Positions 53,749 to 64,000 of a stretch of DNA of 64,000 bases are shown piece after piece; position 1 is the first letter of the stretch, and every line of letters begins with the position of its first letter. The DNA lies in assembly GCA_028534125.1 (NCBI GenBank), contig CM052816.1, positions 18,664,001-18,728,000 of the forward strand. Direction: 5' to 3'. The notes under the pieces are model-generated. The model did no database searches and was not told where the DNA came from. It was given only the letters and a program-made list of their open reading frames with translations. The translations under genes and the position numbers were made by a program. This DNA comes from Lama glama (lineage: Eukaryota).

Positions 53749-53785
53749 GTGTGTGTGTGTGCGCGCACACGTGTGCGTGTGTGTG
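53749..53785. repeat. Compound (GT)n/(GC)n/(AC)n dinucleotide repeat in IL9 intron 4
   Basis: gtgtgtgtgtgtgcgcgcacacgtgtgcgtgtgtgtg. Confidence 0.9.
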
Positions 53786-54007
53786 AAGCAGACCCCTGAA
53801 ATCCTACCACAAAGTCAACCACCTACACCACCTACACAAAATGCTAGCCCTGGACTCCCTATCCATTAGTTCCACCCATTCCCTTCCCCCATGCTTGTCT
53901 CTCCCACCCCCTCCCCCACTTACCAGGCTCTGGGTAGGGTGGCTCCTGGGGCTGCTGGTTTCCATGCTGTTTTAGTCACTCTGCCTTTGTTAACGTTGTC
54001 CCCACAG

Positions 54008-54118
54008 TCTTTTTCCTGTGAACAGCCATGCAACCAAACCATAGCAGGCAATACACTGACATTCCTGAAGAGTCTCCTGGAAAGTTTCCAGAAAGAAAGG
54101 ATGAGAGGCAGAGTGTGA
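54008..54118 (+). CDS. IL9: Interleukin-9 exon 5 (C-terminus)
   Basis: Acceptor cccacag|TCT; encodes SFSCEQPCNQTIAGNTLTFLKSLLESFQKERMRGRV-TGA. The assembled protein is 141 aa with 10 Cys in the mature region. Confidence 0.96.
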   Translation, partial: SFSCEQPCNQTIAGNTLTFLKSLLESFQKERMRGRV

Positions 54119-54280
54119 AGATGACATACTATTTATTCTATTTATTGAATTTTAAAAGCTTCCTGTTTAAGTTGTTGCAATTAAAAAAATCAAATAAGCC
54201 ATGCTAAAGCAAAATTAGTTGTAATAATTTGTTTAAAAATTTATGTCTTTATTTTGGAATAAATAGATACGGAAAAATCT
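54119..54280 (+). terminator. IL9 3' UTR with AU-rich elements and poly(A) signal
   Basis: ATTTA at 54131, 54140 and 54239; AATAAA at 54258-54263. Confidence 0.75.
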
Positions 54281-54850
54281 CAATCTGGTCTCTGGTACTT
54301 ATTTGTTCTTTGATGCTCAGAAAAAAGAAAGCTACAACTCTGTCAATGGGCTGATGGGTCAAATACTCCTGTAATAACAGGATTCGTTACCCTGAACACA
54401 GACTGGAAGCCTCATGAACTGTGTCTGGGGCTGTTATGAAGGGGGTGTGTGTGGACAGTCTGAGGGCTGTTGTAGGGGAGGCCAAAGGCAGGCCAGAGGT
54501 GCCCCACCTCCGGGTGCTGGTGGAGGGAGGCTCAGAGCATCACCAAGGCATTTAGGGTCCTGAGAAACCAACTACCTGAAATGGGTGAAGGCAGCAGCTG
54601 GTTAAGTCCAGATGAGAGACACTCAAGAACGTGGGCATGTTTGTATATAAGAGAGCAAAGTGCTTGAACTCGCTGAATCAGGAGAAGATCATGGAGCAGA
54701 CCCTCTGGGTCAGAGCAGAAAGCAGAGAAATCCTGGGATCAATACAGTCATCGATTCCCTTGGAAGACCCTCAGCTAGCACCACCTTGTGCCTGGGATGC
54801 AGAGCCTCACGGGTGTACACCCAGGGAATTCCTGAACTAGGCTGTCTGGC

Positions 54851-55367
54851 TGCCACAGGGAGACAGGAGGGAAGGGGGCAGGGCACAACCAGTAAACGAA
54901 TGACACAGCAATTAGCACCACGATGGCAGGAGGTTCAACTCCAAGCAGACCTTGAGCTTCATTGTAATACATCAGCATGGTGAATGGCACTCCCACAGGC
55001 GCCATGACAGTTCCAATACTGACCATAAAAGGTCAAAGGTGGGTGGGGCCCAATTCCTGGGAATCCCTGCCCCTTCCCTAGAGTAGCTGGAATAATCCTC
55101 CCACTTGTTAGCATAATGAAATAACCAAGCCCATAAAAACTAACAACCTGACACGCCATGGCCACTCTCCCTCCTGAGTGAGATCGACCACACTCTGTCT
55201 AAGGACTGTGTATCTCTGAATAAATCTATCTCCACTCTACTATGCCTGGCTCTTGAATTCTTTCCTGCTCAAAGCCAAGGACTCTCACGTGGCAGGGCAG
55301 TTCCCAGGGACTCAACTGAGACCTGGGACACCGCCATCCTCTTGTGCCCCATTTTCCTGTCTCAACA
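54851..55367 (+). mobile_element. Solo ERV1-type LTR (MER41-like)
   Basis: TG...CA termini, TATA-like cataaaaa at ~55132, AATAAA at 55219-55224, and a U5-like cttgaattctttcctgctcaaagccaagga. Family assignment is by recognition only. Confidence 0.7.
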
Positions 55368-55374
55368 GTGTGGC

Positions 55375-55853
55375 TGTAGTGATCAGTGACAGTAAATGTG
55401 TGTCAACTTGCCCAGGCCCCAGGGTGCCTGATATCTGACCAAATGTTATTCTGAGTGTGTCTGTGGAGGTGTTTCTGGATGAGATTAGCATCTGAACAGG
55501 TGGACTGGATAAAGCAGATGCCGGCCCAGTGTGGGTGGGCCTCACCCAATCCACTGAGGGCCTGAAAAGAACAAAAAGGCAGAGTAAGAATTACTGGCTC
55601 TCTGCCTGATAGCTTGCGCTGGGACATGGGTCTCCCATCCCCAAACTGGGACTTACACCACCAGCTCCCCTGGTTCTCAGGCCTTTGAGGTTGGATTAGA
55701 AGAACTACACCACTGGCTTTGCTGGGCTTCCAGCTCAGAGACAGAAGATAGTAACTTCTCAGCCTCCATAATTGCATGCGTGTCCAATAACTTATAATAA
55801 ATCTGTCTATCCATCCTATTGGTTTTATTTCTCTAGGAAACCCTGACTATTAA
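55375..55853 (+). mobile_element. ERVL LTR (MLT2-like)
   Basis: gtgtcaacttg...gtgtgtctgtggaggtgtttctggatgagattagcat...atcctattggttttatttctctaggaaaccctgacta. Confidence 0.85.
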
Positions 55854-57574
55854 ACTACCTATCTCGTCTTAATACTCAACCTGCCCCCAACTCCAGTATT
55901 CCTGATTCTGGCTTCTGTTCCACAGTACTTGTCACCTTCTTAGATGCCCTTCCACTTATTAATTTATCATGTTTGTTGTTTACTGTTTCTCCCTGCTCAA
56001 ATACCAGCTCCCTGAGGGCAGAGAACTTTGTTTTGTTCCCTGTTGTGAACCAAATGCCTATCCTGGGCCTACACCATTCCTGTACCAGTCTAGGTGCTCT
56101 ATAAATATTGACTGAGCAGCCTCCCAGCAACCATCCTGCTTGGCCTCCCTGGCTCTGTGTGATGAGTAAGGTGGAGGCAGAGTAAAGGTGACAGTCTTGG
56201 GGTCAGGGACATCTGACGATCAGAATGGCCCTCTCCCTACTTGAAAGCTTGGCAGCTTGGGAAAAGCTTAGAGGAATTTACCAAGGATGGTCTTTTTCTA
56301 GGTACTGGTAAAATTAAAATTGCTTTTCCTCCCTATGAAGCTAGAACATCCTTTGGTACTTTTGATCTCAATAATACATAAAGTTCAGAGCACCAAGAGA
56401 CCAGATTCCTCAAAGGGATTTGCTCAGTTTATCTTCTATGAATTACAATGTCAAGCAATGCCTGATGTGACCTGTGCAGCAAACAGCCCTTGGCCAGAGG
56501 TGAGGTTCTGTGATGACCTGGGCAGCGCGGTACCTGGATGGCAGAGGCACGAGTTTCACCCTCAGGCTGCAGCCAAGATCCTCCTGCATAGGGAGGTGAA
56601 GAGGTTTTAGCAAAGGGGATCCAAGTCAGGGGAGTGTTTTATTAACTTCTTGGGTGCAGAAATGGTGGGCCCATGGAGACATCTGGCCGTAATTTTTTAG
56701 TCTTAGTGTGGAGAGAAAGAGACAAGATGCTCAGTGACAATTTACAGTGACATGTGTATCAGAGGATCACAAGTGGGATGTCTGGGTCCAGAGGCTTCAG
56801 AAGGGGACCACTGGTTTAAACATCCTTCCTCAGTGCTGGAGTCCATCAGGCATTGTGCAGGGGGCACAGACCTTCAGACAAACAAACAGTCACAGTCTGC
56901 TGACCCACCTGCTTCCCAAGAGAAGTGAAAACATCACGTGGCAGGCGGGTGAGGGTGGGGCGTAGGTCCTGTCGCGGGAGGTCTTCTCGGGATCCCCAGT
57001 AACAGTGGGTATGAGAATCCCTGCTCCAGCTATTAACGTTTCTATACTATTTTCTGAGACGCGAAGTCTGACCACTAAGTGTCCTCAGTGCCCTCCCTCT
57101 TCACGGACAGTTCCCGGGGCTGGAGGCCGGCCCTGCACAGTGCGCTGAGCATCTGGGCCAGGCTGTGGTACCAGCTCCCTCCCTCGTCTGTGGATTTCTC
57201 CGGACAAGGCGCTGAGAAAAATGTCTATCAAATAATATATCTATTATTATTTATTAATATTAATCCTGCAATTATTCAGCCCTTACTCTGTAGGTACTAA
57301 GCCTACTTTATCTCATTTAATCCCCTAATAAACTGTGGGAGGTTGGTATTATTATCTCTGTTTTACAGATAAGGAAATGAAGGCTCAGAAAGGTTAAATG
57401 ACCTTTCTAAGGCCCCACAGCTGGTGAGCGTTAGAGATCCAACCCCAGCTGTCTCTGATTCCAAAGTCTTCGCCCTTCCCAGTCTGCTCTTTTCTCATTC
57501 TGTGTATATCAAGTGTGTGCGTTGTGTTTCCTCTGACTACAACCTGACAGTAAAATAGATTTATGACAATACAT

Positions 57575-57860
57575 GTCAACACTCCTTTATCCCCAAACCT
57601 GGGGGCTAGAGAGTTTTCAGAATTCAAACTGCTCAGCCTTTTGGAAAGAGAACACACCGTTCATATGCCATATATTACACAACATCCACAGCAGGGCCTG
57701 GGGCAGGATTCCGTAATTAAACACATTAATATTCTGCAACAAAACGCAGGAGCAATCTCACAAGGTAGTCAGGTTTGGCAGCCAAATGAGTCTCACCAAA
57801 TCTTGGGCTTTCAGAGCTGTGTGAGTTTCAGAATTGAGATAATGGATTCGTGGGCGTTTC
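57575..57860. mobile_element. Possible TcMar-Tigger-type MITE
   Basis: Degenerate inverted ends (tcctttatcc ... gataatgga) and an internal resemblance to ancient Tigger-derived MITEs. Recognised by eye only. Confidence 0.35.
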
Positions 57861-58989
57861 TTTAGCCCTGGCCCCACTTACAAGAAGAGGGGCTCGCTCT
57901 GTCTCCCAGGGGTCTCTGTGGGCTGTGCTGGGCATCTCCAGGAGGGACAGAGGCTTCTGTGGTTCCCCAGACGGCCCACCACATGACATCTTAAGTCACG
58001 GCAGCACACCTTCTCCTCTCCTGTCCTCCACCTGGGTTTTCTGAATGACTGGCCTCCGACACGGAGCTGTTGCCTTACACCACGTGGCTGACAGCCTACA
58101 GCATCCGAAGCCGCCCCCTCAGCCACGCTCACCCCACATGGGGATCACAGCAAGGACAGATGTTGGTGGTTAGCGATGGTTTCAGAACACAATCTGGAGA
58201 CAGTCAGCTGCCTGAGAAGATGCGTGGAGAGATAAGCCTCGACCCACTATTACAGCTTATTCACCAGCAGAGCCTGGTGGTTTCCCTCAGCTTTTCTGCA
58301 AAAGTAGCATCCCCCACAGCATGCACCCTGTGGCCAGCTCAAACCAAGACTCTCAGGGTGGTGGGAAGGTGCACAGTCATTACTCGCCTTCCGGTGCCAG
58401 GGAAGTTGAGGTTTATGTGAAGACACCTTCGAGAAAAGAGAAGAAGGTCTAACACTTATTGAGTGTTTACTATGTATCAGGCACTCTGTTAAGCATGTTT
58501 TGTGCAGAATCATGCTGGATCTTCACAAGAAGCCCATGAGGCAAGTGTGGAATTATTGTACACAATTATGCTCAGTGCACAGACGAGGAAACTGATGCCC
58601 AGAGAGCTGGTGCACCCTGCTCACAAATGGTTAAGCCAACTCAGAGAAACGACTCTACAGCTACATCCTTAAATCTGACCCACAGGAGGGTGGCAGCTCT
58701 CAACACAGCCAGCTGCCTCATGCAGGTTGCCAAGCCCTGGGTAGAGTTGTTTCCAGGAGATTCCAGACCAGGGCACATCGCTGCTGGCCAAAACCAAGCC
58801 CAGATACTTCCGGCCTTAAAGTTGGCCAGTCCACATCCATCTGCCTGTCTCTCTGCCTGTCTATCCAATTTGAGGCAGGAGGATACTGTGAAGTCCAGCC
58901 CTGCAATTCCCCCTCTTCCTGCTCCCCTTCTCCTTCATCCCAGACCAACACCTCCCTTCCTCTGGAGAGGGAACGCTCAGCAGAAACGC

Positions 58990-61900
58990 CAAGACCATTC
59001 ACCCACCGTAAGCATACAACTCAGTGGTTTTCAGTATATTCACAGGGCTGTGCAACCATCACCACGATCTGATTTCAGAAAATTTTCTGAAAGAAAATGG
59101 AAAAAGTCCTGCACACAACAGCAGCCATTCCCTATCCTCCCTTCCCCTAGCCAAAAAGTAATAATCTACTTTTGGCCTCTATAAATTTGCATCTTCTGGA
59201 TTTTTCCTATAAGTGGAATCATATCATAAGTGTTCTTTTGGGACTGGCTTCTTTGATTTAGCATATACTTTCAAGGTTCATTACATCATAGCATGTATCA
59301 GTTCTTCATTTATTTTTACAGCCAAATAATATTCCACTGCATGGATCAGTATTTTATTTTATTTATCCATTCATCAGCTGATAGACATTTGTGTTGATCC
59401 CACTTTTGGCTATGATGAATAATGCTGCTATGAACATTCATGTACAGGTTTTTTGTGAGATTATGTTTCATTTCTCTCTGGTATACACCTGGGAGTGGAA
59501 TTGCTGGGTCATATGGCAATGCTGTGTTTAACTTTTGAGGAACCACCAAACTAGGTTCCAAAGCAGCTGCACCATTTTACACTTTCCCCCAGCAATGTAT
59601 GAGGGTTCCAATTTCTCCACTTCATTTTCATCACTTGTTATTATCTGTCTTTTTGATTATAGCCATCCCAGTGGGTGTAAGGTGGTATCTGGTTGTAGCT
59701 TCGATGGGCATTTCCCTGATAACTAGTGATGCATCTTCTCCAGTGCTCACTGGCCACTTGTGTATCTTCTCTGGAGAATATCTAATCAAATCCTTTGCCC
59801 ATTTTAAAATTGAGTTATTTTCCTTTTTATAGTTGAGTTGTAAGAGTTCTTTGTATCTTCTGGATAAAAATTCCTTACCTGATACAGGATTTGCAAAGAT
59901 TTTCTCCCATTTTATGGGTTGTCTTTTTTCTTTTCCCCATGGTATTGGTAACACAAAAGTTTTCTGTTTTTTTTTTAATTAAAAGTATAGCAGGTTTACA
60001 ATGTTGTATCAACTTCTGGTGTACAGCATAGTGACTCAGTTATATACATATATGTTCCTTTTCATATTCTTTTTCATTACAGATTACTACAAGATATTGA
60101 AGATAGTTCTCTGTGCTATACAGAAGAAACTTGTTGTTTACTTATTTTATATATAGTAGTTAGTATCTGCTAATCCTGAACTCCCACATTATCCCTCCAC
60201 CCATCTTCCCCTCTAGTAACCAAAAGTTTGTTTTCTATGTTGTGAGTCTGGTTTTGTTTTGTAAATAAATTCATTTATATCATTTTTTTAGATTCCACAT
60301 ATAAGTGATAAATGGTATTTTTCTTTCTCTTTCCGACTTACTTCACTTGGTATGACAATCTTCAGGTCCATCCATGTTGCTACAAATAGCATTATTTTAT
60401 TGTTTTTTATGGCTGAGTAATAGTCTATTGTATAAATATACCACAACTTCTTTATCCAGTCAACTGTCAATGGACATATAGATTGCTTCCATATCTTGGC
60501 TATTGTAAATAGTGCTGCTATAAACATTGGGGTGCACATATCTTTTCAAATTAGGGTTTCCTCTGGATATATGCCCAGGAGTGGGATTGCTGGGTCACAT
60601 GGTAAATCTGTTTTTAGTTTTTTAAGGAATCTCCATACTATTTTCCACAGTGGCTGCACTAAACTGCATTCCCACCAGCAGTGTAGGAGGGTTGCCTTTT
60701 CTCCACACCCTCTCCAGCATTTATCCTTTGTGGACTTTTTTTTTCTTTCTTTTAAACCTTTTTTTTTTTGAGCTATAGTCATTTTACAATATTGTGTCAA
60801 ATGCCAGTGTAGAGCACAATTTTTCAGTTATACATGAACATACGTACATTCATTGTCACATTCTCTTTCGCTGTGAGCCACCACAAGATCCTGTATATAT
60901 TTCCCTATGCTACACAGTACAATCTTGTTTATCTGTTCTACATTTTGAAATCCCAGTCCCCACCCCTGGTCCCCCTGGCAACCACAAGTTTGTATTCTAT
61001 GTCTATGAGTCTGTTTCTGTTTTGTATTTATGTATTTTTTTTTTTAGATTCTGCATATGAGCAATCTCATACAGTATTTTTCTTTCTCTTTCTGGTTTAC
61101 TTCACTTAGAATGACATTCTCCAGTAACATCCATGTTGCTGCAAATGGTGTTATGTTGTTGGTTTTTAAGGCTGAATAGTATTCCATTGTATAAATATAC
61201 CACAACTTCTTTACCCAGTGTGGACTTTTTTAATGATGGGCATTCTGACTGGTAGGAGGTGATAGGTACCTCATTGTAGTTTTGATTTGCATTTCTCTGA
61301 TAATTAGCGACACTGAGCATTTTCCCATGTGCGTATTGGCCATTTGTACATCTTCACTGGAGAAGTGCTTGTTTAGGTCTTCTGGCCATTTTTGGATTGG
61401 GTTTTTTCTTTTTTTTTTTTTTTACTGAGTTGTATAAGCTGTTTGCATATCCTGGAAATTAAGCCCTTGTCAGTCGCATCATCTGCAAATATTTTCTCCC
61501 ATTCTGTAGACTGTCTTTCTGTTTTGTTTATAGTTTCCTTTGCTGTGCAAAAGTTTGTAAGTTTAATTAGGTCCCATTTGTTTATTTTTGCTCTTATGTC
61601 TATTGCCTAGGTAGACTGCCCTAGGAGAACATTGCTAAGATTTATGCCAGAGAATGTTTTGCCTATGTTTTCTTCTAAAAAGGTATATATTGTCTCCTCT
61701 TATGTTTAAGTCTTTAAGCCATTCTGAGTTTATCTTTGTGCGTGGTGTGAGGGAGTGTTCTCACTTTGTTGATTTACATGTGGCTGTCCAGCTTTCCCAA
61801 CACAACTTCCTGAAGATACTTTCTTTTCTCCATTGTATATTCTTACCTCCTATATTAAAGATTAATCGACTGTAACTGTATGGGTTTATTTCTGGGCTTT

Positions 61901-63720
61901 CTATTCTGTTTCATTGATCCATATGTCTGATTTTTGTGCCAATACCACACTGTTTTGATTACTGTAGCTCTGCAGTATTGTCTGAAGTCTGGGAGGGTTA
62001 TTCCTCCAGCTTTGTTCTTTTTCTTCAGTATTGCTTTGGTGATCCTGGGTCTTTTGTGATTCTATATAAATTTTAGGATTATTTGTTCTATTTGTGTGAA
62101 AAATGTCCTGGGTAATTTGATAGGGATTGCATTAAACCTATAGATTGCTTTCGGGAGTATGGCCAGTTTACCAGTGTTGATTTTTCCAGTCCAAGAGCAT
62201 GGGCTATTGTTTCATTTCTTTAAGTCATTTTGTTTCCTTAATAAATGTTTTATAGTTCACTGCATTTAAGTCTTTCACCTTCTTAGTAAGGCTTATTCCT
62301 AAGTTTTTTGGGGTTTTTTTTTTTATGTGCTTTTAAAAGAGTTTTTTTTTTTTTTTACTTTGTTTTCTTACTTTCCTTTTCTGATATTTCATTGTTAGTG
62401 TAAAGAAATGCACCATATTTCTGAATGTTAAGCTTGTATCCTGCTACCTTGCTGAATTTATTTATCAGCTCTAGTAATTTCTGTGTGGAGTCTTTAGGGA
62501 AAAAGTTTTACATCATAGTCCAACTGATTATTTTCTATTTTGTCACTTACGCTTTTGGTATTCTAAGAAATATTTGCCTGACCCAAGGTCACAAAGACTT
62601 ACTTCTATGTCTCCTTCTATGAGGTTTACAGTTTTACCTCTTACATCCAGGTCTATGATCCATCCTTGGTTAATTTTCATATATGGTGTGCGATAAGGTT
62701 CCAGCTTCATCCTTCTGGAATGTGCATATCCAATTGTCCCAACAACTTTGTTGAAAAGACCATTCTTTCTGTATTGAATTACCTTGGCATCCATGTCAAA
62801 AACCAATTGACCATAAATGTAAGGATTTCTGGACTTTCAACTTTATCCCATTGATCTACAAGTCTACCCTTATGTCAGCACTGTGCTGTCTGTAAACTTG
62901 TAGTAGGGAAGTTTGAGCCCTCCAACTTTATTCTTCTTTATCAAAATTGTTTTGGCTATTCTGGGTCCTTCGCATTTCCATATGAATTTTAGGATTAGTT
63001 TGTTTTTTTTTTTTTAATTTCTGCAAAAAAAAAAAGCTAGGTGGGATTTTGAGAAGGATTGAATTCAATCTGTAGGTCAATTTGGGAAGTAATGCTATGT
63101 TAACAATATTTACTCTTCTGATCCATGACATAGAAGATCTACTTATTTAGATCTTTTAAAATTTCTTTCAACAAGGTTTTGTAGTTTTCAGTGTAAAAAT
63201 CTTGCACTTCTTTTATTAAAATGTGCCTGAATATTTCATTTCTCAAATACTATTATAAATAGAATTGTTTTCTTAATTTTATTTTTGGAATGTTCATTGC
63301 TAGGGTGTAGAAATACATTGATTTTTTGTAGGTTGATCTTACAATCTGAAACCTTGCTGAACTTGTTTATTGGTTCTACTAGGTTTTCAGTGGATTCCTT
63401 AGGATTTTCTATAAGTAAGATAATATCATCTGTAAATAGAAGTTCAGTTCTTCTCCAATTCGGATGCCTTATATTCCATTTTCTCGCCAAACTGCCCAGG
63501 GTATAACCTCCAGAACAATGTTGGATGGAAGATGCAGAGTCTTGCTCCAGTCTTAGTAGTAGTGAATCTAACCTTTCACCAAAAGTTTGATGTTGGCTGT
63601 CGACTTTTTATAGATGTCCTTTATCAGGCTGAGGAAGCTCCCTTCTGTTCTAAGTTTGTTAAGTGTTTTTATTGCGAACAAGTACTGGAGTTTGTTTTTC
63701 TGCATCGACTGAGGTGATTG
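58990..63720 (-). mobile_element. Nested LINE-1 cluster: an old L1 interrupted by a younger L1 (59964-62500), which is itself interrupted by an L1 3' end (60742-61218)
   Basis: Minus-strand ORF fragments match L1 ORF2 ([61 protein letters not shown]). Direct repeats mark the inner insertions. Confidence 0.92.
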
Positions 63721-64000
63721 TTCTTTACATACAGACATTACTAACAGACATTAATTCTTGGCTTATGAATTTCCAAAGGTAAAGCTCCCAGCTCTAGGGA
63801 GAGGAAGTGACAACTCTACAGACTGTGGAAGGAAGTTAGAGAAGAGAGATGGTAGCAGACACTGGTGAGTGCCCGGCCTCCAGCTGAGCTTCCAGGGGTG
63901 GTGGCAGAACTCCAGGGAGGGCTGAGCACCTGAGAAGAGAGGTTCCTAAGCCAAATCTCCTGTGTGCCCTGGAGATGACAATCTGAAGAGAAATTGCCTC

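Noticed and set aside
58627..59184. 185-aa ORF
   Set aside because: No recognisable homology; it begins in MIR-like sequence and runs into an L1 3' UTR.
1..64000. CRISPR arrays, operons or other prokaryote-type systems
   Set aside because: The sequence is spliced, repeat-rich mammalian DNA; no regularly spaced direct repeats or dense ORF arrays are present.

Overview
Mammalian genomic DNA, most likely from a camelid (a tRNA-Ala-derived SINE resembling camelid vic-1 at ~8.5 kb). The window covers the conserved LECT2 (+) / FBXL21 (-) / IL9 (+) block. It contains the last two coding exons of LECT2, a complete intact 4-coding-exon FBXL21 (434 aa) with a CpG-island promoter, and a complete 5-exon IL9 (141 aa) with a motif-rich promoter. 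It also holds a decayed RPSA processed pseudogene, a 500-N assembly gap, and many interspersed repeats (nested L1s, L2, MIR, ERVL/MaLR/ERV1 LTRs, hAT MITEs). I see no evidence of a wholly new biological system. The best leads are regulatory or evolutionary: a MER41-like LTR with STAT/NF-kB-like motifs just 3' of IL9, candidate IL9 enhancers, a strong CTCF motif between LECT2 and FBXL21, possible uORFs and unusual substitutions in FBXL21, and nested retrotransposon insertions with readable target-site duplications. Repeat family names come from recognition by eye and need RepeatMasker/Dfam confirmation; repeat boundaries are approximate.
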